In this document: positions 57,401-64,000 of the stretch, piece by piece
How the letters are laid out: each line of letters starts with the position of its first letter
Position numbering within the stretch: the stretch's first letter is position 1
Assembly (NCBI GenBank): GCA_965112155.1
Contig: OZ218102.1
DNA from: Podarcis liolepis
Taxonomy: Eukaryota
Direction: 5' to 3' (one strand)
DNA length: 64,000 bases
Notes under the pieces: model-generated
The model's input: only the letters and a program-made list of their open reading frames with translations
Database searches by the model: none
What the model was told of the DNA's origin: nothing
Translations under genes and position numbers: made by a program

Positions 57401-60341
57401 ACTTGGGAAGCTCTCCACATCATCCCCTGCTGCCTTGCTCTAGGAAGGACCATGCACAGTGGTACCTTGGTTTTCAAACGCCTTGGTACCCAAACGCCGA
57501 AAACCTGGAAGTGTTCCAGTTTTCAAATGTTTTTTGGAAGTCAAACTTCCAATGTGGCTGTTGCCTATTGTTTCCGGTTTCGCCTGCATCAATGAGAAGC
57601 TGCACCTTGGTTTTTGAACATTTTAAAAGTCAAACGGACTTTCGGAATGGATTAAGTTTGGTGCTTTTGTTTTTGCTATTTATTTTGCGTTTTTGATTTT
57701 GAGGCTTTCTCAGTTAATTTATTTTTGTGACTGTGTGGAACCCAGTTCAGCTACTGATTGACTGCGTGCCTGTGGAAATGGATAAAAGCCCCCATCCTAA
57801 CAGTGACTATCATCAGTGCAGGTAAGAAAAGAAAAAAAATTCAATTTTGCCTTATTTATCTTATAGTATAGTACATTGATTATTGATTTCATTTTATGGA
57901 TCAATGGTCTTGTTAGATAGCAAAATTCATGTTAAATTGCTGTTTTAGGGGTTGTTTTTAAAAGCCTGGAACGGATTAATCCATTTTGCATTACTTTCTA
58001 TGGAAAAGCATGCCTTGGTTTTAGAACACTTTGGTTGTGGAACAGACTTCCGGAACAGATAAAGTTTGAGAACCAAGGTAGCACTGTACGTGTGTGTGTT
58101 TCCTGCACTTGGAGCGAGGCATTCTTGGTGGGGTGGTTGTGAAAGGGCCTGCAGTGGCAGCCAAATTTGCTATAGTGGCCTGTGATGTGTTTTGGTAACA
58201 CAGTAGCTTTGATTTGCAGCAAGGAGATGGGTAATTAAGACCTGTTAACAGTTTATCAAAGTTAGAAATCATGACATTATATATAAAGTCTTCCATTGTG
58301 AAGAAACAGCAATACCCCTTTTATGAAATTGCTCATTGCCACATCTCCCCCAATTCCCAATTCCTGTAATTTCCCAGGATCTACATTTTTGAGAATTTGG
58401 TGGTGTTTCAATGAAATCTGCGTGTTTCCTAGTTAACCTTTAAAGCTTCAAGTAGAAGGAGTCAACACCTCTTTGAAGCATTTCCCTCACTTGCAAGGGT
58501 AACATGAGCTGCAGTCATTCAAATGCAATTGCATGCTATCTATTTTAATAGGCTACAGGGTGTGTCAGCTAAGAATATGAATGTCACCCACAATACTGTG
58601 ATTGTATTTTGAATGTATTTTCTGTTGGGGACTCTCCCCACCTCCACAAAGTTAAATAAAGCAAAAGTGTGTTGAGGTTTTGTAGACCAATATATTTTAT
58701 TCTATTGGAATACACTGATTTAAAGTGTGTTATCTGGGCTAAAATGGAATGCTGATAATAAAAACAAAGGAAAGAACACGAAGAAGTATGTACAGTGGTA
58801 CCTCGGGTTAAGTACTTAATTCATTCCAGAGGTCCATTCTTAACCTGAAACTGTTCTTAACCTGAAGCACCACTTTAGCTAATGGGGCCTCCTGCTGCTG
58901 CTGCGCCACCGGAGCACAATTTCTGTTCTCATCCTGAAGCAAAGTTCTTAACCTGAGGTAATATTTCTGGGTTAGAGGAGTCTGTAACCTGAAGCGTATG
59001 TAACCCAAGGTACCACTGTTGCTCACTTGTGAGTGATTCCCCCCCCCTCCACCTGTACTATTATAAAACACAAATGATAAAAATTTGTATTTTTATCATT
59101 TTTTAAATAAAGGAAATATCCTTTGTGGGCATTTCAAAACTGATCCTTACATTATTTACATCCTACCACTGATGGGCTCCATGAGTTCATACTGTTCGCT
59201 TATTCTTATTTGTGCACTGTAGACATGAACTCTAGAGAAAAACAAATGCTTATACAGTACAGAACTTAAGACTTAAACATTGCTGTGTAAGCCTCTAAAA
59301 CAATGTTTTGTGCCTCTCTGCTCTCTGTTTTTTGGTTTACATTCACTTTTATGTAATGTTTGTTGTTTATTATTATAACAACTACATTCTTCAATGTTTC
59401 TGAATGGAAGGGGAAATGAGACACACTGAAATTATACTAACTAAATCTAAACATTTAAAAATAAGCTTTTTAAAAGACAGAGAGTTTATTAACATTTGTT
59501 AAATTTATTCATGGTTTTGATGTAATGAACTTTGCAACTCTCTGGACAATTCAAAACAAGTTAATTCTGATTTTAAAAGGCTTGACTGAAATCTAGATAA
59601 CTCGAACATTAACTGGGCACAGTATTTCTCTGGATTGCACCCACTGTCATTCATTACAAGCATTTATTTGCCCTGGTATTAAATGCCCCTTGCTTTTCAT
59701 ATGTAAATGTGCCATACATATGGTTCGACCAACTAAAAATAGATTAGATGGAATCTGACAAAATAGTAAGGCCTAAGTTCTACTCTGTTTTCTTAAAGAG
59801 AACCACTCCACAGCCTCCAAATAAATTAGAAATAATAAGCATACATTGGGTGGGACCCAAAGATGCACTGGGACTTTCCCCAAACCCCTTTCCCACAGCA
59901 AGCCCTGCAGAAGAGAACTGCAGTTCAACAAGCCAAATCAGAAATGTTAAAAGAAATGTTTTTATATTTCTGAATGGCAAAGTAAGTAACACTATTTTTC
60001 TTATTAATTTATCCATGGTATTATAGAGTTTTTTTGCCCAAGTGCAACCCTGTAACTTTAAAACATAGCATGCATTGGTGTGGTTGGTTGTTGTTCTGAT
60101 GATGCTTACACCCGAGTCCCTGGCTTTGGGGAAAACAGAAATGGAAGTTTCACCAGGGCTATTTCCCGTCTACCCCCCAACTGTTGCTTCGTTTCATATA
60201 TAAGGACATGAGAGAAATCCTTCAGGTAACTCACCCAGAATGGATGGGGCTGGAGACAAGATTGACATTGTCCAAGGTGTCTGCGGCCCAGCTATAGTGC
60301 CTGAGCGAATCAGAGTCAAATTCTCTTGGAAACGTCAGATG
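4961..60341 (-). CDS. ANK3: Ankyrin-3 / ankyrin-G, 3' portion of a multi-exon CDS (ZU5-ZU5-UPA, giant insert, death domain, C-terminal tail); ankyrin-repeat exons lie beyond position 64000
   Basis: Chain of GT-AG exons with consistent phases encoding recognisable AnkG peptides ([59 protein letters not shown]); stop TAA at 4961-4963. Confidence 0.99.
7295..7354 (-). CDS. ANK3: ANK3 muscle-type alternative exon C, 60 nt ([20 protein letters not shown])
   Basis: cctacag|GTT acceptor; ATG|gtaacc donor; phase 0-0. Confidence 0.92.
7497..7580 (-). CDS. ANK3: ANK3 muscle-type alternative exon B, 84 nt ([28 protein letters not shown])
   Basis: tctttag|GGT acceptor; AAA|gtaatc donor; [12 protein letters not shown] motif shared with the small ankyrin-1/AnkB obscurin-binding domain. 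Confidence 0.95.
9806..10150 (-). mobile_element. CR1 LINE 3'-end fragment
   Basis: AAGAACATAGG...CCTGCTAGATCAGGCCAA...CCAGCATCTTGTTCTCACAG...TTTTAAAGCCATCCAA resembles the reverse complement of squamate CR1 3' ends (from memory). Confidence 0.75.
10500..10610 (-). CDS. ANK3: ANK3 muscle-type alternative exon A, 111 nt ([37 protein letters not shown])
   Basis: tttatcag|GAG acceptor; AAG|gtatcg donor; phase 0-0; TTRVxRRR obscurin-binding-domain motif. Confidence 0.92.
12093..12471 (-). CDS. ANK3: ANK3 exon 42 equivalent, 379 nt ([16 protein letters not shown]...GATSSEQK)
   Basis: tcttgtag|C acceptor; AAG|gtataa donor. Confidence 0.96.
12530..12720 (-). mobile_element. CORE-SINE (MIR-like) remnant
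   Basis: CACAAAAAACCTGTGAGG..GGTTAGCCTGAG...TGAGCTTCTATGGCTCAG resembles the CORE domain. Confidence 0.5.
12843..12995 (+). mobile_element. Squam3-like SINE, heavily degraded
   Basis: GTCCCAGGTTTAGTCCC B-box-like segment, AAGACCTTGG..AGCTGCC. Confidence 0.45.
13594..14251 (-). CDS. ANK3: ANK3 exon 41 equivalent: long form 658 nt ([12 protein letters not shown]..., acidic insert); short form 13594-13684 (91 nt, GWQSEASS...) via an internal acceptor
   Basis: ttccatag|GT and aattacag|GT acceptors 567 nt apart (in frame); GACAG|gtatga donor. Confidence 0.92.
16539..16682 (-). CDS. ANK3: ANK3 exon 40 equivalent, 144 nt ([47 protein letters not shown])
   Basis: ttccacag|CT acceptor; GATG|gtaact donor. 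Confidence 0.97.
17095..17261 (+). mobile_element. Squam3-like SINE, degraded
   Basis: GCTATGGCTCAGTAGG...TTTGCACACAGAAGGTCCCAG...GCTGCTGCCAG...GTCTGATTCAATATAAGGCAG; same layout as the copy at 62679. Confidence 0.7.
17567..17698 (-). CDS. ANK3: ANK3 exon 39 equivalent, 132 nt, death domain ([24 protein letters not shown]...DGKNAT)
   Basis: gttatag|AA acceptor; ACAA|gtaagt donor. Confidence 0.97.
18008..18142. mobile_element. Degraded hAT-like MITE of the same family as 62790-62925
   Basis: GCCTTCTCCAACCTG...GGGATGATGGGAGTTGT...AGGCTGAGGAAGTCTG. Confidence 0.55.
19452..19526 (-). CDS. ANK3: ANK3 exon 38 equivalent, 75 nt, start of death domain ([25 protein letters not shown])
   Basis: atcacag|GT acceptor; ACGG|gtaaga donor. 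Confidence 0.97.
20180..27889 (-). CDS. ANK3: ANK3 giant neuronal exon (exon 37 equivalent), 7710 nt; Ser/Thr-rich domain plus long tail of the 270/480-kDa isoforms
   Basis: Stop-free frame covering the 2558-aa ORF; aaacag|TT acceptor (alternative at 27895); ACTG|gtgaga donor; phase 1-1. Confidence 0.98.
29308..29361 (+). repeat. (ATT)18 microsatellite
   Basis: Direct reading. Confidence 0.97.
30790..30960 (+). mobile_element. Old L2 ORF2 C-terminal fragment
   Basis: AGGTTCAAGGTCCTTG...AAGCCCTGAACAACTTAGGTCCAGGG..CCTCAGGGACC corresponds to the RFKVL..KAL..LGP..LRD segment of the L2 at 41400-41470. Confidence 0.55.
31457..31538 (-). CDS. ANK3: ANK3 exon 36 equivalent, 82 nt ([27 protein letters not shown])
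   Basis: gttacag|ACC acceptor; ATGA|gtgagt donor. Confidence 0.96.
34168..34307. other. Assembly gap (140 N)
   Basis: Run of N bases. Confidence 1.
34665..34787 (-). CDS. ANK3: ANK3 exon 34 equivalent, 123 nt ([41 protein letters not shown])
   Basis: tatatag|ATT acceptor; AAG|gtaaga donor. Confidence 0.96.
36218..36343 (-). CDS. ANK3: ANK3 exon 33 equivalent, 126 nt ([18 protein letters not shown]...PFSIK)
   Basis: caacag|GTT acceptor; AAG|gtaaaa donor. Confidence 0.97.
37233..37461 (-). CDS. ANK3: ANK3 exon 32 equivalent, 229 nt (FWLADCHQ...ARSKDIE), UPA domain
   Basis: catccag|A acceptor; GAG|gtatac donor. Confidence 0.97.
38213..38309 (-). CDS. ANK3: ANK3 exon 31 equivalent, 97 nt ([32 protein letters not shown])
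   Basis: ttcctag|GA acceptor; CCAG|gtacag donor. Confidence 0.97.
38678..38885 (-). CDS. ANK3: ANK3 exon 30 equivalent, 208 nt ([38 protein letters not shown]...LLCSIT)
   Basis: aaatag|GCT acceptor; ACAG|gttagg donor; ZU5-B motif [15 protein letters not shown]. Confidence 0.97.
39551..39762 (-). CDS. ANK3: ANK3 exon 29 equivalent, 212 nt ([16 protein letters not shown]...KRIRVGLQ)
   Basis: gcatag|AA acceptor; CAG|gtaata donor. Confidence 0.97.
40945..44660 (-). mobile_element. L2-clade LINE with near-complete ORF2 (APE endonuclease plus reverse transcriptase), frameshifted, (ATT)15 tail
   Basis: LCNARS...VTETW endonuclease motifs, [20 protein letters not shown] (degenerate YADD), [10 protein letters not shown]...[12 protein letters not shown]...LHWLPV C-terminus; microsatellite tail at 40945-40989. 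Confidence 0.93.
42120..42504 (+). mobile_element. Solo LTR (385 bp) inserted in the L2 RT gene
   Basis: L2 sequence resumes exactly on both sides; 5-bp direct repeat CTCCA at 42115-42119 and 42505-42509; ends TATGGG...CCTACA (degenerate TG..CA inverted termini); AATAAA at 42291. Confidence 0.8.
44661..46080 (-). mobile_element. Rex1/Babar-clade LINE, 5' half only (leader, basic N-terminus, APE endonuclease, linker); no RT
   Basis: [73 protein letters not shown] and DASLAEELN motifs typical of Rex1; ATGATGGCAGCG resembles the AAGATGGCG 5' motif. Confidence 0.85.
46350..46504 (-). CDS. ANK3: ANK3 exon 28 equivalent, 155 nt ([33 protein letters not shown]...)
   Basis: gtgtag|T acceptor; GAAG|gtatat donor; ZU5-A sequence. 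Confidence 0.97.
51480..51578 (-). CDS. ANK3: ANK3 99-nt alternative exon, (G)[32 protein letters not shown](G)
   Basis: ttattcag|T acceptor; ATTGG|gtagga donor; phase 2-2; peptide paralogous to the last 33 codons of the preceding exon. Confidence 0.9.
51591..51596 (-). promoter_or_regulatory. RBFOX-type UGCAUG element 13 nt upstream of the 99-nt alternative exon
   Basis: Plus-strand CATGCA; minus reads ttcctgcTGCATGgatgttattcag|. Confidence 0.55.
52265..52489 (-). CDS. ANK3: ANK3 exon 27 equivalent, 225 nt, start of ZU5-A ([12 protein letters not shown]...GAQFLG)
   Basis: cctgcag|T acceptor; TTAGG|gtgag donor; contains the DAR spectrin-binding motif. Confidence 0.98.
54139..54601. mobile_element. 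Old hAT/Charlie-like element carrying an inserted LINE 3'-tail fragment and (GT)n
   Basis: Termini CAGTGTTTTTCAAACT / AGGTTGAAGAACACTG; degenerate 8-bp flanks CTTTAGAC / CTCTACTC; internal TGTAAACCGCTTTGAG...AAATAAATAAAT tail. Confidence 0.55.
54434..54472 (+). repeat. (GT)n microsatellite; similar CA/GT tracts near 29670-29695, 31713-31749, 39321-39344, 60468-60506 (CT then CA) and 63073-63098
   Basis: Direct reading. Confidence 0.95.
54985..55012 (+). repeat. (AAAC)n tetranucleotide repeat
   Basis: Direct reading. Confidence 0.9.
55158..55190 (-). CDS. ANK3: ANK3 33-nt alternative microexon upstream of ZU5-A, (G)[10 protein letters not shown](S)
   Basis: tattttgcag|C acceptor after a U-rich tract; TCAAG|gtgatg donor; phase 2-2, frame-preserving, no stop. 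Confidence 0.88.
57457..58086. mobile_element. Non-autonomous Tc1/mariner-superfamily (Tigger/pogo-like) DNA transposon, 630 bp
   Basis: 23-bp TIRs CAGTGGTACCTTGGTTTTCAAAC / GTTTGAGAACCAAGGTAGCACTG (2 mismatches); TA on the right, CA on the left. Confidence 0.88.
58793..59018. mobile_element. Tigger/pogo-like MITE, 226 bp
   Basis: TIRs CAGTGGTACCTCGGGTTA / TAACCCAAGGTACCACTG; TA on the left, TT on the right; internal repeats of TTAACCTGA. Confidence 0.9.
60235..60341 (-). CDS. ANK3: ANK3 exon (human exon 26 equivalent), 107 nt, [36 protein letters not shown]
   Basis: tttgaag|CAT acceptor; TCTGG|gtgagt donor; not called in this frame by the ORF track. Confidence 0.96.
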
Positions 60342-60466
60342 CTTCAAAGAGATGAAAGAGAAGAAATATTAACTCATCAGAGAGGAAAAAATCAAGCATT
60401 TCCTGTGGTATATGACAACTGAGAAATAAAATCGACCTTTTATTAGCACTTGTAACACCTGCAATC

Positions 60467-60506
<40 letters not shown>

Positions 60507-62678
60507 CAATCATTTTAATTACTTAACAAACCTTGTTTATGTAGGACATAGCAGCCTAGCTCATGGTAGTGCCCATTTTGTTTATTTATTACAGCTATAT
60601 CCTGCCTTGGTCTATCACCTTATTTTATTCTAGGTCACCTTCAGGGTTGACTGGAGAGTTGAACCTGCATCTCCCCAGTCCTAGATTGACACTCTTGACC
60701 ACTATGCAACAAAATGAGCTCAGAGGGAACAGTGATTTGAAAGAACGATGTAAAGAAGTATGTTATCCATGGCATCTCAATGGGGATCCCAGTAACAATC
60801 TCTGCACTAAACACAGAATACACATTGACAACTTCAGACAAACTGGGTATATTCAATATTTGTTGTGGCTGTGGATTCAGGCCCCACCTGATAATGTGTG
60901 ATCTGATCCTCGTCCCTCAAAACCAGGGGTGGAGTGGAGGAGATTGTGTGCACCAGGGCTATATATTTTGCCCATGGAATATTATAACTTTCTATTCCTT
61001 AAAGTGGCTTACTTATATCTCATGCAGGGAAGGACTTTGGTAATAGGGCGTCTTGAGCGAGGACAAAATTTGGTGCCCCCAATAATTCATTTTTTATTCA
61101 TTCTTATTTTGCGCCACCTCGGCTTAGCATCCGGTGCAGGGGAACCTAAACCCAGTGTTGATCTATGATTTCCAAGCAGCCTACTGTCCAGGCAGCGTCA
61201 CCAGTAAAACTGCATCATGTACCTTGAGACAGTGCTTGGATCACTCCCTCTATGCATGTATTTCCTATTTTACATATGTCAAATGTTGAGGGATGGGCAG
61301 ACAAGCAACTAGAATTCTACTGCCCTGTACCAGACTTGATCCAGACTGGCGAATGGGCAGGTGGGCCTGCAGAGCGATAACAGAAATGCCTTTGAGCAGT
61401 CACCATAAAACAAGCAAGCAAGACAAAAGAGCAATTTTAAAAGGGCAATTTAAATGAGCTGTTTTTTCTTCTTTGTGTCATATTGCATGCCAGCTAGCAT
61501 CTATGAGTTCCTCTTGTTTACTGAGCATTCATCTAGTCCCCCCCCCCCCACACACAAAATTTGCATTTATTGAGCATTGGTAACAGAGGTTATATCACCT
61601 GGCACCACCGTTACCTCACACTTTCCAGCAAGTTTTCCTTTTGTTTTCCCTACCCCAGAAGTTCCATTTTGGAGACGGGATGGGGAAGCTGACTTGTCGT
61701 GCCAGAGTGCCAAATCCACTTTAACTGCATACTCTAAAATTGCTGGCAAACAATTAAATGGTACCCAAAGAATAGTGAGAGTCTGGAGACAGTGTAGCTT
61801 TCAGAAGGGACCGAGTTACAGGGACAACTACATCTTGTTTCCATATATTCTAATGATAAACCACCTCATGCCTCACGTAACCTCAATGTCTGTTAGTGCT
61901 CAAAAGCAGACAAACCAGCTCAGGAATCCTGAGAAACAAAGTAGCCAAAAAATAACAGTAGCCTCTCTGGCAGTAGCATAATACCCCATTCCAAACTACA
62001 GCGAAAATTAAAAATAAGTTGTTTTCTGACTATATTTAAAGCATGAATAAAGATAGCCACTGTAGCCTGACTTACATGAAACCTTCTTGCGTCTATTATT
62101 AACCAGCCTCCCAGCTCACAGACTGTTTCAAAAATAATTTTCAGGTTCCTATGTCAGGAATAATTTATCAGTTCCATCTCTATGTGCTATGCATGGGGAT
62201 GAGCAGCCAAGGTGATGAAGCCAGTGGCAGATTAGGAAAGTGCTCTCTCCCTTCCTTTGCAAAGATGAATTTTCGAGATAAAAAACGAATGCGCCAAATA
62301 TTCCTGTTTCTACGTCTCTCCTGCTTTTTAGCATTTCACTTTTAAATAACTATTCTATTTATCTGAAAAGAATAACAACAACCCACCTTTCCGCCCACAC
62401 CAAAGGCATCTTCTAATCTTAACAATAAAATGCAATGCAATAAGATAAAATAATCAAAAGTAGTAACAGAAAGCTAAAGCCACTCAAAAGCAGGGGAACT
62501 GAAATTCAACCCAGACTAATGGCTTGGCAAAATAAAAATGTTTTTATAGCTCACCAAAAGCCATTAAAAAAGCTGTAATATATTTCCAAGGAAGGTCTTT
62601 ATGAAAACAGTTTCTTCAGTCATATGCCGAAGATGGACCCAAAACTAATTTTAGTATTGTATTCTTACATTGTTGTAG

Positions 62679-62987
62679 GAAGAGCCATAGATCAGTGTCA
62701 GAGTTTTCACACAGAAAATCCCAGGTTCAGTCCCTGGCATCTTGAGGCAGGACTGGGAAATCCTGTCTGAAATGCTAGTGAGTCACTGCCAGGGTTTCCC
62801 AAACATTGGTCTCCAGCTGTTTTTGGACTACACTTCCCATCATCCCCGACTACTGGTCCTAATGGCTAGGGATGATGGGAGTTGTAGTCCAAAAACAGCT
62901 GGAGACCAATGTTTGGGAAACACTGGTAGCTAATGCTGAGTTTGATGGACCAATGGTCTGAGTGGAGGGCAGCTTTGTATGTTCCTA
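62679..62987 (+). mobile_element. tRNA-derived squamate SINE (Squam3-like), interrupted by the MITE above
   Basis: A-box-like CCATAGATCAGTG, B-box-like CCCAGGTTCAGTCCCTGGCATCT, 3' part GATGGACCAATGGTCTGA...GGCAGCTT...ATGTTCCTA. Confidence 0.75.
62790..62925. mobile_element. Palindromic hAT-like MITE (136 bp) nested in a SINE
   Basis: About 57-bp near-perfect inverted arms CAGGGTTTCCCAAACATTGGTCTCCAGCTGTTTTTGGACTACA... / ...TGTAGTCCAAAAACAGCTGGAGACCAATGTTTGGGAAACACTG. Confidence 0.88.
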
Positions 62988-63390
62988 TCTAGGGCAGTTC
63001 ATACTCCACATATCTTCCTATAGCACAGGGATTGTAGTTCTATTGAATTCTAGCTTCCCCAAGTGCCCTCAGTGTGTGTGTGTGTGTGTGTGTGTGTGTT
63101 TATCTAAAACTAAAACTAAAAAAGCACAGTGGGCGTCTGAGTCCAATTAAAGTGGATTTGAAAAATGAAAAAATGACCTTTCAGTAACTGGGTGAAATCT
63201 CTTATTAAATACCTCATTAACAGTTGTGTGTTCATGCAGCAGTTTAGGTAAGAAGTGTTATGTATTCAGTATTTTCTGTTTCAAAAATGAATACTGGAGG
63301 TTTTTAGCTGAAGAAAGGAAGCTTTGAGAGATCAACACGGAGGACTATTACAGACCATCCCTATATACCCTTAACCCCTATACTGTAAAC

Positions 63391-63596
63391 TAGAACTTTC
63401 CAAACTGTGTGTCACGACATGTTAGTGTGTCAGCTGCAGTGTGCAGTTGTGTCGCGTGAAAGCTCCCCGGGCTCCTCCCGGGGCTGGAAAGGGGTTAGTT
63501 TAACCTCCGGTTTGCTCGTAAAACTGAATGGCCATTCCATAAAATGATGCATGTCTTAAAAGTGTGCCACCAACATGAAAAGTCTGGAAAGCTCTG
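63391..63596. mobile_element. hAT-type MITE, 206 bp
   Basis: TIRs TAGAACTTTCCAAACT / AGTCTGGAAAGCTCTG; 8-bp TSD CTGTAAAC / CCGTAAAC (7/8). Confidence 0.82.
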
Positions 63597-64000
63597 CCGT
63601 AAACAATCCTAAATGCATTTTCCTATTTCACATTAAACTGGAACCATTGCCAAACACATCTCTTCTTGTTGTTATTGCTGTTGTTTTAAACTAAGGCTTA
63701 TTTGTGGTTGACCTGACCCCCATGTCAGCAGATTACAGGTAATATGATACACTTCACAAGAGGGTTAAAATTAAGATTTGCCACTCCTGCCAAAATCAGG
63801 GAAGTCAGGAATAGCAATTCAAGCATACTGAAAGCCACTGTGGGCACACAAGCCTGCTAAGCACGACAGGAATACCAAAATATTGCTATCCAGGTCACTG
63901 CACAAGAATGCTACATTTAAACTTTTAATGAATGCCACTTCTCTTAAAGCCCTTTCATTAGGGAATTAAGGACTCTTTCATATTCCCTGCAGAAAACAGC

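Noticed and set aside
58808-59010. Short spaced repeats (TTAACCTGA) superficially like a repeat-spacer array
   Set aside because: Internal subterminal repeats of a MITE; irregular spacing, eukaryotic context, no cas genes

Overview
Vertebrate genomic DNA, not microbial. The repeat families point to a squamate reptile, probably a lizard of the lacertid group (inference from remembered repeat families). The window holds the 3' part of ANK3 (ankyrin-G) on the minus strand. I traced, by splice signals and reading-frame continuity, the exons equivalent to human exons 26-44: the ZU5-ZU5-UPA spectrin-binding region, the 7.7-kb neuronal giant exon, the death domain, the C-terminal regulatory tail, three muscle-type obscurin-binding exons and a 3'-UTR exon. 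The ORF track misses or mis-bounds several alternative elements. These include a 33-nt microexon, a 99-nt exon that duplicates the end of its neighbour, two in-frame internal donors in the giant exon, tandem acceptors and a candidate SPR-repeat exon. The expected 27-nt microexon probably lies in a 140-nt assembly gap. The introns carry SINEs, hAT and Tigger/pogo-type MITEs and CR1/L2 fragments. One intron holds an unusual 5.1-kb composite: the 5' half of a Rex1/Babar LINE joined in frame to an L2 LINE, whose RT gene is interrupted by a solo LTR. I see no evidence for a wholly new biological system. The best novelty candidates are the Rex1-L2 chimera and the unannotated ANK3 splice elements. 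Human exon numbers and all cross-species comparisons are from memory and need alignment checks.
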